A stretch of 64,000 bases of DNA from a virus. The position numbers and the translations under genes were made by a program. The stretch covers positions 83,748-147,747 of the IMG/VR virus record IMGVR_UViG_3300028840_004475. One strand, written 5' to 3'. Shown piece after piece: positions 35,726 to 43,851 of this stretch. The first letter of the stretch is position 1. The number at the start of each line of letters is the position of its first letter. Under the pieces are notes generated by a model. That model was given only the letters and a program-made list of their open reading frames with translations. It did no database searches and had not been told where the DNA came from.

Positions 35726-36334
35726 ATGGCCAAGAAAGAAGAACGCAAACAAGCTAGAACTATGCGCAGGGGTGGAAAGTCGATAGTACAAATTGCGAAA
35801 TTACTTGGTGTATCAAAATCAAGTGTATATTTATGGACAAAGGATTTACCTCAACCAAGAAAATTCACGAAAGAATATCGACGTAAACGAAAAGAAAAAG
35901 CTCTAGCACGTTTGAAGAAAGAAAGAGAGAAACGAGAGAAAGAAAAAGCGAATCGCAAACTATTGAGTTGCGGAGATAGATGGATCATACGAGTGCCACC
36001 TGGGTACAAAGGCAAAACATATATCGGAGGAAGATACGTTCTTCAAAGTAGATATTTGATGGAACAAAAACTTGGAAGATACCTAAAATATAACGAGTGT
36101 GTTCACCATAAAAACGGGGATAAACTGGACGATAGAATTGAGAATTTGGAATTACATACTAGGAAATTACATGGAGAGATACATGCAATTAGAAAAAGGA
36201 CTAAACTCAAATGTCCAATATGTGATGTAGAATTTGAACGCAAAAACAGTTATGTGAAAAGTCACATAAAACAAGGATACAAAGGTTTTTATTGTAGCAA
36301 AAGGTGTGCGGCCAAGAAACAAAAGGGAGTATAG
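35726..36334 (+). mobile_element. Free-standing HNH homing endonuclease
   Basis: N-terminal HTH, VHHKNGDKLDDRIENL, C-terminal Zn finger; markedly AT-rich; own TTGACA-N17-TAATTT promoter at 35678. Confidence 0.88.
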
Positions 36335-36401
36335 CTCAGCTGTTAGCAGCATTCGGCTTTTAACCGAAAGGTCGTGGGTTGGAACCCCACTGCTCCCACC
36401 A
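36325..36401 (+). tRNA. tRNA-Lys(TTT)
   Basis: Loop CTTTTAA; atypical D and T loops; CCA end. Confidence 0.85.
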
Positions 36402-36402
36402 T

Positions 36403-36479
36403 GGGTTCGTAGCTCAAGTAGGCAGAGCATCCGGTTCTTACCCGGAAGGTTGGGGGATCGTGGCCCTCCGAGCCCACCA
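36403..36479 (+). tRNA. tRNA-Lys(CTT)
   Basis: Loop TTCTTAC; T loop ATCGTGG; CCA end. Confidence 0.85.
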
Positions 36480-36645
36480 AAGGAAAGACGATGTGCCCGA
36501 AGCGAGACGAAGACATGGAATTCATGAGGCGTTCACTCGAGCGCCCGTGCGAACCATTTTTCTGGCCGAAGGATCCGGATGACCAACCGGCCTACGGCTA
36601 CGAGGAAGAGGACAGGATCGAATACGATCCACCACAAAGGAGAAA

Positions 36646-36996
36646 GTGATGTTGGTCGAGGTAGGCACAGTGAAGTACGTCGTGAACTGGAAGCACGAGC
36701 GTGAGTTCGACAGGTACGCGCTCGTCCAGGACGCACAAGTGTCCGGCGATGCAAAGTTGCTACGAGCGCTGGAGCTGTCCACAGGGCGTACCATCTGTCG
36801 CATCGAGAAGCTTGGTGGTACGTCAGAGGTCGAAGCAACGGTGTACTGCTCGAAGAAGGACATCTTCGAGAAGGACGAGGGTCGGAAGAGATCCCTCAAG
36901 AGGGCACTCGCGTTGCGTGGCTTCATGAAGCAGGAGAGAACGCTCTTCTGGGACGAGTACCACAACCGGAAGCCTCAGACGGCAGAGGCTGCGTAG
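36646..36996 (+). CDS. Hypothetical phage protein
   Basis: CS.KD.FEK..GR..SL.RAL motif common in phage proteins. Confidence 0.6.
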   Translation: MMLVEVGTVKYVVNWKHEREFDRYALVQDAQVSGDAKLLRALELSTGRTICRIEKLGGTSEVEATVYCSKKDIFEKDEGRKRSLKRALALRGFMKQERTLFWDEYHNRKPQTAEAA

Positions 36997-37008
36997 GAGT
37001 GAGCACGA

Positions 37009-37084
37009 CCGCGTATAGTTCAGTTGGTAGAATGCAACCTTGCCAAGGTTGATGTCGTGGGTTCGAACCCCACTACGCGGTCCA
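37009..37084 (+). tRNA. tRNA-Gly(GCC)
   Basis: Loop TTGCCAA, CCA end. Confidence 0.9.
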
Positions 37085-37091
37085 ATTTCGT

Positions 37092-37166
37092 GCCCGAATA
37101 GTTCAGTGGTAGAACGCTTGCTCGACACGCAAGAGGTCGTTGGTTCGATACCAACTTCGGGCACCA
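37092..37166 (+). tRNA. tRNA-Val(GAC)
   Basis: Loop TCGACAC, CCA end. Confidence 0.9.
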
Positions 37167-37226
37167 GGCCGGCTGTGGCCAAACCATTACGGTGGTTCCG
37201 GGAGCACCCGGGCAGCCGGCCCCCAT

Positions 37227-37302
37227 GCTGGGGTAGTTCAGATGGTGGAACGCGTCCTTGGTAAGGACGAGGTCGCGGGTTCGAGCCCCGCCCCTAGCTC
37301 CA
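37227..37302 (+). tRNA. tRNA-Thr(GGT)
   Basis: Loop TTGGTAA, CCA end. Confidence 0.92.
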
Positions 37303-37304
37303 AC

Positions 37305-37380
37305 GCTGGCGTAGTTCAGGAGGTAGAACAGGTCACTCGTAATGATCAGGTCGCTGGTTCAATTCCAGCCGTCAGCTCCA
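37305..37380 (+). tRNA. tRNA-Thr(CGT)
   Basis: Loop CTCGTAA, CCA end. Confidence 0.92.
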
Positions 37381-37381
37381 T

Positions 37382-37457
37382 GCTGGGTTAGCTCAGTTGG
37401 TAGAGCAGCTGATTTGTAATCAGCAGGTCGCAGGTTCGAGCCCTGTCCCCAGCTCCA
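37382..37457 (+). tRNA. tRNA-Thr(TGT)
   Basis: Loop TTTGTAA, CCA end. Confidence 0.92.
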
Positions 37458-37561
37458 GGAAGAATGATGTTGGACAAAATAGACAAGTTCGTTCGTGACT
37501 ACCTGCTATTGCCGGCGACATTCGTGTACGCGGCACTGCAGATTTGGAGGCTGTTTATTGT

Positions 37562-37638
37562 GGGGTCATAGCTCAGTTGGGAGTAGCGCCTGCCTTGCAA
37601 GCAGGAGGTCGTCGGTTCGATCCCGTCTGACTCCACCA
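37562..37638 (+). tRNA. tRNA-Ala(TGC)
   Basis: Loop CTTGCAA, G3:U70, CCA end. Confidence 0.92.
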
Positions 37639-37719
37639 GCCGACCCGCGGTGAAATGTCATTGGTGTGGCCCCGTGTCAATGACAGAAGGCAGCCTACGG
37701 GGCATTTGTAGGAGGTTCT

Positions 37720-37795
37720 GTTCCCGTCGTCTAGCGGTCTAGGATCTCGGCCTCTCACGCCGAGGACGCGGGTTCGAGTCCCGCCGGGAACACCA
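37720..37795 (+). tRNA. tRNA-Glu(CTC)
   Basis: Loop CTCTCAC, CCA end. Confidence 0.92.
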
Positions 37796-37871
37796 GGCCG
37801 AACCACAGGGCCGAGGCAATCGTTTGATGTGGTGACAGCCCGGAGAGACGGGCACTGTGGGCGTGTGCTGT

Positions 37872-37944
37872 GGCGTGTGTAGCTCAGTGGTAGAGCGTAC
37901 GGCTGTGGCCCGTACTGTCGCGGGTTCGATTCCCGTCATACGCC
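37872..37944 (+). tRNA. tRNA-His(GTG)
   Basis: Loop CTGTGGC, G-1:C73. Confidence 0.9.
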
Positions 37945-37955
37945 CACCTTTTTTG

Positions 37956-37983
37956 TTGACGACCTGCAAAAGATCTCGATAAT
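37956..37983 (+). promoter_or_regulatory. sigma70-like promoter, tRNA operon 3
   Basis: TTGACG-N16-GATAAT after a T-tract. Confidence 0.6.
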
Positions 37984-38003
37984 AGATCATGCAGGAGGAA
38001 GTT

Positions 38004-38120
38004 ATGTTCCGCTACACGATGGCAGCCATTTTCTTCATCGACCATTTCAACGCCGGTCATCTGCCGTCGCCATCCTCACCCTCGCCATCAGAACGACCCT
38101 CGAGTCCGCCGCAACGCTAA
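38004..38120 (+). CDS. Leader peptide 3: MFRYTMAAIFFIDHFNAGHLPSPSSPSPSERPSSPPQR
   Basis: AGGAGG SD; 16 of the last 18 residues are P/S/E/Q, matching the downstream tRNAs; stop is 8 nt before the first tRNA. Confidence 0.82.
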   Translation: MFRYTMAAIFFIDHFNAGHLPSPSSPSPSERPSSPPQR

Positions 38121-38128
38121 CACGCTTT

Positions 38129-38218
38129 GGTGCGATGGCCTAACTGGTAGGGAAGCGGTTTGCTAAACCGTCCGGGCGTTCACGCGTTCTGAAGGTTCGA
38201 GTCCTTCTCGCACCGCCA
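38129..38218 (+). tRNA. tRNA-Ser(GCT)
   Basis: Loop TTGCTAA, long variable arm, CCA end. Confidence 0.9.
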
Positions 38219-38221
38219 TAT

Positions 38222-38297
38222 CGGAGAGTGGGGTATACGGTAGCCCACCTGTTTCGGGGACAGGATGATGTCGGTTCGAGTCCGGCCTCTCCGACCA
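38222..38297 (+). tRNA. tRNA-Pro(CGG)
   Basis: Loop TTCGGGG, CCA end. Confidence 0.9.
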
Positions 38298-38375
38298 CGG
38301 GGTATAGCTCAGTTTGCGTAGAGCGTTTGGTTTGGGACCAAAAAGCCGGGGGTTCGAATCCCTCTACCCCGACCA
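38298..38375 (+). tRNA. tRNA-Pro(TGG)
   Basis: Loop TTTGGGA, CCA end. Confidence 0.9.
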
Positions 38376-38376
38376 T

Positions 38377-38469
38377 GGATGGACAAGCCGATGGTTGGCG
38401 ACGGCACCTGCCTCGAAAGCAGGCGAACCCGAAAGGGCCTTGGGGGTTCGATCCCCTCTCCATCCGCCA
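38377..38469 (+). tRNA. tRNA-Ser(CGA)
   Basis: Loop CTCGAAA, long variable arm, CCA end. Confidence 0.88.
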
Positions 38470-38472
38470 TTT

Positions 38473-38550
38473 GGGACGTGACTCTGTCAGACACGCAGGC
38501 AGAGGGGTAGAGAAGTCGTGCTCTCCCGGTTCGAGTCCGGCGCGTCCCCA
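38473..38550 (+). ncRNA. tRNA-like RNA (acceptor and T arm intact, D and anticodon arms replaced)
   Basis: GGGACGT/GCGTCCC, CCGGTTCGAGTCCGG, two non-canonical hairpins. Confidence 0.6.
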
Positions 38551-38551
38551 C

Positions 38552-38642
38552 GGAAGGCTGGCAGAATGGCTATTGCACCTGATTTGAAATCAGAGGTCGG
38601 CCTGAGAGGGTCGTGCGGGTTCGAGTCCTGCGCCTTCCGCCA
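38552..38642 (+). tRNA. tRNA-Ser(TGA)
   Basis: Loop TTTGAAA, long variable arm, CCA end. Confidence 0.9.
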
Positions 38643-38733
38643 ATTTTTAATGCAAAAATAGTCGCTGTACAACGTAGCTATTTATGATATCAAAAAAGAT
38701 CTGTACGCCAACACCAAACAAACGAGGAAACAG

Positions 38734-39009
38734 ATGACTGGCATCCAGATCGACGTCAACTACAAGACCAGAGGCCGCAACAAGGCCGCCACCTTCACTG
38801 CGGCATACCGCAACAGAGTCGTGCCGGCTGACGTCACTGTCCCAATCCGTAGGGGACGACCGACCTACACCCTGACGATTCCGACGCCGGTCAACATCGG
38901 CAATGGTGACACACTTTCGTTCACCATGAAGAATCTGGACGCCGCACTGGCTGCTCTAGCAGACTATGCGAAGAAGTGGCCGGCGCTCAACAAGGCCGGT
39001 ATGGCCTAG
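38734..39009 (+). CDS. Hypothetical protein
   Basis: GAGG SD, clean ORF. Confidence 0.55.
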   Translation: MTGIQIDVNYKTRGRNKAATFTAAYRNRVVPADVTVPIRRGRPTYTLTIPTPVNIGNGDTLSFTMKNLDAALAALADYAKKWPALNKAGMA

Positions 39010-39027
39010 AACAGAAGAGGAGATAAG

Positions 39028-39309
39028 ATGGCTGCGAAGGCAATGACGAAGACAGAGATCTGCAAGAAGCTGGCAGAAGCCAACGACATGAAACCGAAGG
39101 AGGCAAAGCTCTTCCTCGAATCGCTGGCACAGCTGGCCTACAAGGAGGCGAAGAACGGCTTCACCATCCCTGGCATCGGCAAGCTCGTCAAGCAGCGCCG
39201 TAAGGCGCGTGACGGTCGCAACCCGGCCACCGGTGAGAAGATCCGCATCAAGGCCAAGACCGTCCTGAAGTTCAGGGTCTCGAAGGTCGCGAAGGACGCG
39301 ATTCTGTAG
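39028..39309 (+). CDS. hup: HU family DNA-binding protein
   Basis: MTKTEI...IPGIGK...RKARDGRNPATGEKIRIKAK.V.KFR. Confidence 0.93.
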   Translation: MAAKAMTKTEICKKLAEANDMKPKEAKLFLESLAQLAYKEAKNGFTIPGIGKLVKQRRKARDGRNPATGEKIRIKAKTVLKFRVSKVAKDAIL

Positions 39310-39316
39310 CAATACA

Positions 39317-39390
39317 GCTCCTGTCGTTCAATGGTAGGACGCCGGGTTTTCAACCCGGTAACCGGGGATCAATACCCCGCAGGAGCACCA
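39317..39390 (+). tRNA. tRNA-Glu(TTC)
   Basis: Loop TTTTCAA, CCA end. Confidence 0.88.
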
Positions 39391-39415
39391 ACCTTGCCGC
39401 CTTCGGGCGGCTTTT

Positions 39416-39490
39416 GGGGGCATCGTCCAATGGCTAGGACATCGGCCTTTGGAGCCGGCGATGAGGGTTCGAGTCCCTCTGCCCCTTCCA
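39416..39490 (+). tRNA. tRNA-Gln(TTG)
   Basis: Loop CTTTGGA, CCA end. Confidence 0.9.
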
Positions 39491-39746
39491 CAGCACCGCG
39501 TCATGAGACAACTATATGTGTCTCGAGCGAATTCGGTATCAAACGAGGAATGTGGGTCAAGATCGATTATGACTGGTCACCGACCTTCAAGTTCCTCGGT
39601 CACGAATTCAAGTTCCAATGGCCAGTACAGTTTAAGCCATTCAGGTTCGCTCCGTACTTGCTAATCAGACGTATCAGCAAGTATCGTGGTCTCTTCCAAG
39701 TGGCTTCGGTGATAGACAGTACCACAGTCACTTTGTCGGAGTAATC

Positions 39747-40025
39747 ATGTCAGACACCTGGTACGTGCTTCAAAATCTTGAGCAACTCAACTTGGATGAC
39801 GTGAAGGAACCACCGTGCGGCAAGTGCTACTGGTGGGATCCTGCATTCGAGTATGGGGCGGATGGTCGGACTGGCGTTGCGTTCTGCAGAGCTGACGAGA
39901 TGGAATGCGACTTCAGCTGTTTCCGTCCTCGGAGGTCTCCAAAGGGTGTTCCTTCAGCAAGAGACGCGTCTGCTCGAGGAGCCGAGGGCGACTCTGACCA
40001 AAACCCTGAGCAACTGACAGATTGA
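39747..40025 (+). CDS. Hypothetical Cys-rich protein
   Basis: CGKC...FC...C..C; GGAG SD. Confidence 0.45.
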   Translation: MSDTWYVLQNLEQLNLDDVKEPPCGKCYWWDPAFEYGADGRTGVAFCRADEMECDFSCFRPRRSPKGVPSARDASARGAEGDSDQNPEQLTD

Positions 40026-40295
40026 GCCACCCACGAAGCAAACCGAGACAACGAGCTTCACGACCTTCTGCTTTGATTCTCGCATCGCGCTCTGCTTCCC
40101 AGTTGCTGTGCGGAACAAAGTTTCCGCTGTCCGTTGGTTCCATTTCAGATCGCATTGAGTAGCGTGGCACAGGACTGCAGAACCCACTACCAACAGATGC
40201 ATCGTCGCTCACTGTGACCTCGAAGTGCTGCTGCACCCCCCGAGACCTTTCCTACGCCCTGGTCGGATCTCGAGGGGCCAGCAGCATGAACCCTG

Positions 40296-40338
40296 GTTAT
40301 AACACAACCTTGATTCTGGGTGGCTAGAAAATTACTAC
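40296..40338 (-). promoter_or_regulatory. Phage promoter-like motif (GTAG-N7-CTAG-N22-TATAAC)
   Basis: Repeated motif. Confidence 0.65.
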
Positions 40339-41012
40339 GCGGCTAAGCGACGCTCGTACTCAGCACGGTTGAAGCCAGGGGCACGATGGTGAACGTTGGC
40401 CAGCTTGAGGAAGTGCTCCTCGTTGTACTGGAGAGCCAACATCTGCGAAAGAGCACAGTCCGCCTCGGGCACATGCTGCACTGGGTGGCAGCAGTAGCGC
40501 TCGAGGACTTCACCCTTCCGGTCAACCAGCTCTACGTTCCCGGCGCGCCCTCGCTTGATCCTGTAGCGCTTCTTGCCCGAGTAGAGATAGAACCTCCCGC
40601 CCTTGACCCAGTCCTTGCGCTGTTTGCGGTCCAGGAAGCCGAGTAGCAGCTTCTCAGCGCGCTCGTGGGCTTCTTCGCGGATCTTCCTCTCTTCCTCGAG
40701 CCTCAGCCGACGTTCCTCGGTTCTGCGCTCCCGTTCAGCCCGTTCCTCCTCGGTCTCTTCGCGCCGTACAGCGCGCCAGCTGTTGGTAGCCGGTGGCGCA
40801 TTATTGGTGCTGACGCTGTTCCACGTCGACCAAGTAGTTCCGGTGGTTGTGCTGGTACTTGTTGTGGAGTCGTCGGTGACCCAACTGACCCACGCGTTGT
40901 TGCTCGACGTAGTAGTCGTGCTGTTGGTACAACTCGAAGTACACCAAACCGTCCATGCGCCGGTAGTGCCCGAGTCGTAGTAGTTGGTGGAGGTGCTGGT
41001 GTAGCCGACCAT
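40335..41012 (-). CDS. Hypothetical protein (S/T/W-rich N-terminus, coiled coil, Cys-containing C-terminal domain)
   Basis: Start overlaps the stop of the upstream Gly-Gly-ending ORF. Confidence 0.65.
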   Translation of the reverse strand: MVGYTSTSTNYYDSGTTGAWTVWCTSSCTNSTTTTSSNNAWVSWVTDDSTTSTSTTTGTTWSTWNSVSTNNAPPATNSWRAVRREETEEERAERERRTEERRLRLEEERKIREEAHERAEKLLLGFLDRKQRKDWVKGGRFYLYSGKKRYRIKRGRAGNVELVDRKGEVLERYCCHPVQHVPEADCALSQMLALQYNEEHFLKLANVHHRAPGFNRAEYERRLAA

Positions 41013-41323
41013 CAGCCGCCCATGAGCGGAGGCGACATGATCAGCTTCTCCGCATCGGGATCGAACTCGTGGATGATCTCGCCCTTGGAGCCATCGCCCT
41101 CGACCTTGTAGGCGATGTAGCCCTTCTTCTTCAGGCGCTCGAAGGTCGCACGAGCCTCGTCGACCAGGTCGCGGTCGTCTCGGTCCCAGATGACCTTGTA
41201 GTCCCCGGCTGCGGCGTCCATGACCTGCAGGGAGCCCTGGCGCACGGGGTCGAAGTCATCTGGGAAGTCGAGGACAACCGGCAGGGTGGTCTCCTGCTTC
41301 AGGCGTTCCAATATGTCGCTCAT
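41012..41323 (-). CDS. Small protein ending in PPLMGG
   Basis: GAGG SD; first gene after a promoter motif. Confidence 0.7.
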   Translation of the reverse strand: MSDILERLKQETTLPVVLDFPDDFDPVRQGSLQVMDAAAGDYKVIWDRDDRDLVDEARATFERLKKKGYIAYKVEGDGSKGEIIHEFDPDAEKLIMSPPLMGG

Positions 41324-41355
41324 TTTATGGCCTCCTCTGTTGTGGTAGATGCCGG

Positions 41356-41399
41356 ATCTTACAATGGAAAGTACCGCTAGAACGCTAGGAAATTGCTAG
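41356..41399 (-). promoter_or_regulatory. Phage promoter-like motif (CTAG-N7-CTAG-N23-TAAGAT)
   Basis: Repeated motif. Confidence 0.65.
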
Positions 41400-41420
41400 A
41401 AAGCGTTCGCCAATTTGTGC

Positions 41421-41954
41421 CTATTCATGCACAAAATTGTCAAGCCAGTCCAAGACCATGTCGTAGTGGGCCTCTCGAGCCAAGTTGTAGACCGGGATCC
41501 CGTTCTCTGAAGCAACACTGATCGCTGTCCCTGTGCCCCCGGTCTCTTTCTTGCGGTCGCCGTGATAGATGCAGCCGTCCCAGGTCCAGCAGAGGACGAA
41601 AAGGCTAGGAGTCCGCAGGTTTCGGCCGAGCACCTGGAACACGTTCCGGCCATGCAGCTTGCGGGCGTGCTCGTTGCAGAGGTGCCAGGCGCCGTGGTAG
41701 CGACCGGCGATCTTGATGGCCTCTGGAGTGGCGTCCCTGGGGCGCCAGATGCGCTTCTCACCGCCGCCGGCATCGGCCCCCTCCTCGAATGCCTTGTCAG
41801 AGCCGTCAGCGCCTCCTGAGCGCAGGATGTAGCCCAGACCGGCCAGAACCTCGGCCACCAGCTTCATCACGCCGTAGATGTCTTCAGGGACGCGTCTGCC
41901 GCCGACCCCCGTGTAGTAGGCCGGGACCTCAGGTCTGGTGATGGGGATGGTCAT
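41421..41954 (-). CDS. SLOG/DprA-like protein
   Basis: YTGVGGR..P, LRSGGADGSD.AFE.G, RN..QVLG, GGTGTA. Confidence 0.8.
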   Translation of the reverse strand: MTIPITRPEVPAYYTGVGGRRVPEDIYGVMKLVAEVLAGLGYILRSGGADGSDKAFEEGADAGGGEKRIWRPRDATPEAIKIAGRYHGAWHLCNEHARKLHGRNVFQVLGRNLRTPSLFVLCWTWDGCIYHGDRKKETGGTGTAISVASENGIPVYNLAREAHYDMVLDWLDNFVHE

Positions 41955-42156
41955 CGTGGTCTCAGCTGCAAGACTGGGGTCTTCCCGGCTGCCATAACGT
42001 AGTCCATGGCTGCGTTCAAGGTATTGAACGGGCCGTAACACGCCTCCACACTACCACTTACTCTGTAGGCAAAGACCATACCCTGACGGACCCGAAGCAC
42101 GGTCCAGCCGCGCCAGTTGTAGTACCCGGGCTGTGGCGCCTTCTTCCAACCGGATC

Positions 42157-42510
42157 TCATGGCTTCTCTCCGTCCAGTTCCTGCATCCTCATGAGGGCAC
42201 TTTTCTGGTAAGCATCTGAAATAGCATTCTTCCTGTATATTTCGAGTGCCTCTTCATGACTACAACAACGGGTGTGCATGATGTGGTCGATTTCAGATGC
42301 AGACGGTAGCTTCATCAACGGATGTCTGCGTCGCTCGAGTTCCTGCAAGAGTGGCAGCACGTCTTCGACCTTGAAGAACTCGCCATCATTTTTGATGTAG
42401 GGGTGGCACAATCTACCTTCTGAGTCGTACGTGTACCAACGTTTGATGGTCTTCATCGCTACCTCTCGTTGGTCACGGTAATCACCGCCTTCGGTGAGGA
42501 CAAGTGCCAC
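42157..42510 (-). CDS. Hypothetical protein
   Basis: ORF chain. Confidence 0.45.
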   Translation of the reverse strand: MALVLTEGGDYRDQREVAMKTIKRWYTYDSEGRLCHPYIKNDGEFFKVEDVLPLLQELERRRHPLMKLPSASEIDHIMHTRCCSHEEALEIYRKNAISDAYQKSALMRMQELDGEKP

Positions 42511-42869
42511 TCATCGGCAACTGCCAGAGACTTGCAGAACAGGATGGCCATCTGCCACCCCATGTCCGTAGGCACGAAGCGGGCGATGGGCGACTTCTCC
42601 GGTGCCTTGTGAGAGAAGTGCGGGTCCATCAGCTTCCACTTGCGGACGTGCCCCCACCGGCCGTTGAACACGAGGATCTTGCGGCCTTCGTAGTTGGTGC
42701 AGCCGAAGTACTCGACCTCCACTACCACGAAGTTGTCGCCGATCTGTTCGTGCCTGAGGATCCTGAACTTGTCGGGCTCAGGATTCGGGAGTCTGCGTCG
42801 CTTCTTCGGCGGTGGCTTCCTGGGTGTGTCGTAGCAGCTATCCGAGGTCTTGAATATGCTGATACCCAT
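42459..42869 (-). CDS. Hypothetical phage protein
   Basis: PNP.P..F, Y.GCTNYEG.KILV, DPHF, P.ARF.PT..GW..A. Confidence 0.6.
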   Translation of the reverse strand: MGISIFKTSDSCYDTPRKPPPKKRRRLPNPEPDKFRILRHEQIGDNFVVVEVEYFGCTNYEGRKILVFNGRWGHVRKWKLMDPHFSHKAPEKSPIARFVPTDMGWQMAILFCKSLAVADEWHLSSPKAVITVTNER

Positions 42870-42871
42870 GG

Positions 42872-43528
42872 CTACCTCTGGTACTTGGGATCGTACTCGT
42901 GAACGGCTCCTGGCTCACCCATGTACTGCTCGAAGGAATTGGAAAGTGTCAAGTCTGGCATGATCATCTTCGTGCCGTCGTTGATGCAAGAGCCGCGACG
43001 GTTCAGACGAATTGAAAAGCGCTCTGTAGCACACCCTGCCAGAACATTGGCATCGAAGCTGTGACCGCCCCAGTGGTTCTCATTGATAGTGAGGCCAGCG
43101 AAGCCTAACTGGAACAAGTGCTGTGCGAGGCCATCCTTGTACTGGTGATCCATGATGGAGGCATAGACCACAGTGCCAGCCTCCACCCAAACTCGATGAT
43201 GCTTGAATGACCTCAGGTCGTGTGCGCTGAAGGTGATGGCCTTGATCATGCGCTGACGAGCGTGTTGGCGGTCGATCCATGTGATGTCGGCTGTTGTGAG
43301 GTAGACCTCGTCGAAGATGGCATAGGCCATGGCCAGGATGGACGTGAAACCTTCAGCTATCGTCGGCTCACCGCCTGTCAGCATGATGGCCTTGTGACCC
43401 TCTCTGTACATGCTGACGTACAGCTCTTTCAGCTTCTTCATGTGGACTACTTGGCTGAGGATCACATTCCTGGCGATGCAGTAGTCGCAAGCCCTGGGAC
43501 AACGATAGGTGAGGATGTGCTTCAGCAT
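42872..43528 (-). CDS. Radical SAM protein
   Basis: CPRACDYC (CxxxCxxC) and LTGGEPT. Confidence 0.85.
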   Translation of the reverse strand: MLKHILTYRCPRACDYCIARNVILSQVVHMKKLKELYVSMYREGHKAIMLTGGEPTIAEGFTSILAMAYAIFDEVYLTTADITWIDRQHARQRMIKAITFSAHDLRSFKHHRVWVEAGTVVYASIMDHQYKDGLAQHLFQLGFAGLTINENHWGGHSFDANVLAGCATERFSIRLNRRGSCINDGTKMIMPDLTLSNSFEQYMGEPGAVHEYDPKYQR

Positions 43529-43851
43529 CAGACGTCCGTTGTGACAGTGGTGCCGTGCTTCTTGATGATGTCTTTCGGTGGCAGTATTTCTGTGTAGGTC
43601 ACCGGCCCAAGCCTCTCGACGATCACGAAGAAACCGGCGTCGCGCACTGCACGGATGAAATCTTCCGGTCGAGGTTCGTCATTGATGACTTCGAGGCGGA
43701 TCGTAGCTTCAGTGCCCTTGGCAGCAGAGGCCAGTACTTCGACATTCGTGATGCCGTTTACTTCTTCGCCTTTGAAGGTGGGCAAGCACTCGTGCCCAGT
43801 CCTTTCCAGCTTCAACTCGAAGTCGCCGGCCTTGATGAGTATGTCAATCAT
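43528..43851 (-). CDS. Hypothetical protein
   Basis: Coupled ORF. Confidence 0.5.
   Translation of the reverse strand: MIDILIKAGDFELKLERTGHECLPTFKGEEVNGITNVEVLASAAKGTEATIRLEVINDEPRPEDFIRAVRDAGFFVIVERLGPVTYTEILPPKDIIKKHGTTVTTDV

Noticed and set aside
33130-38672. ORF-track entries overlapping tRNA genes (e.g. 33130..33813, 34596..35300, 38140..38463)
   Set aside because: These are translations of tRNA genes and have no protein features.
32757-39490. Stop-codon reassignment, suppressor tRNA or Sec tRNA
   Set aside because: No CTA, TTA or TCA anticodon was found. Ser(TGA) and Leu(TAA) read TCA and TTA codons. Genes read intact in the standard code with all three stops in use.
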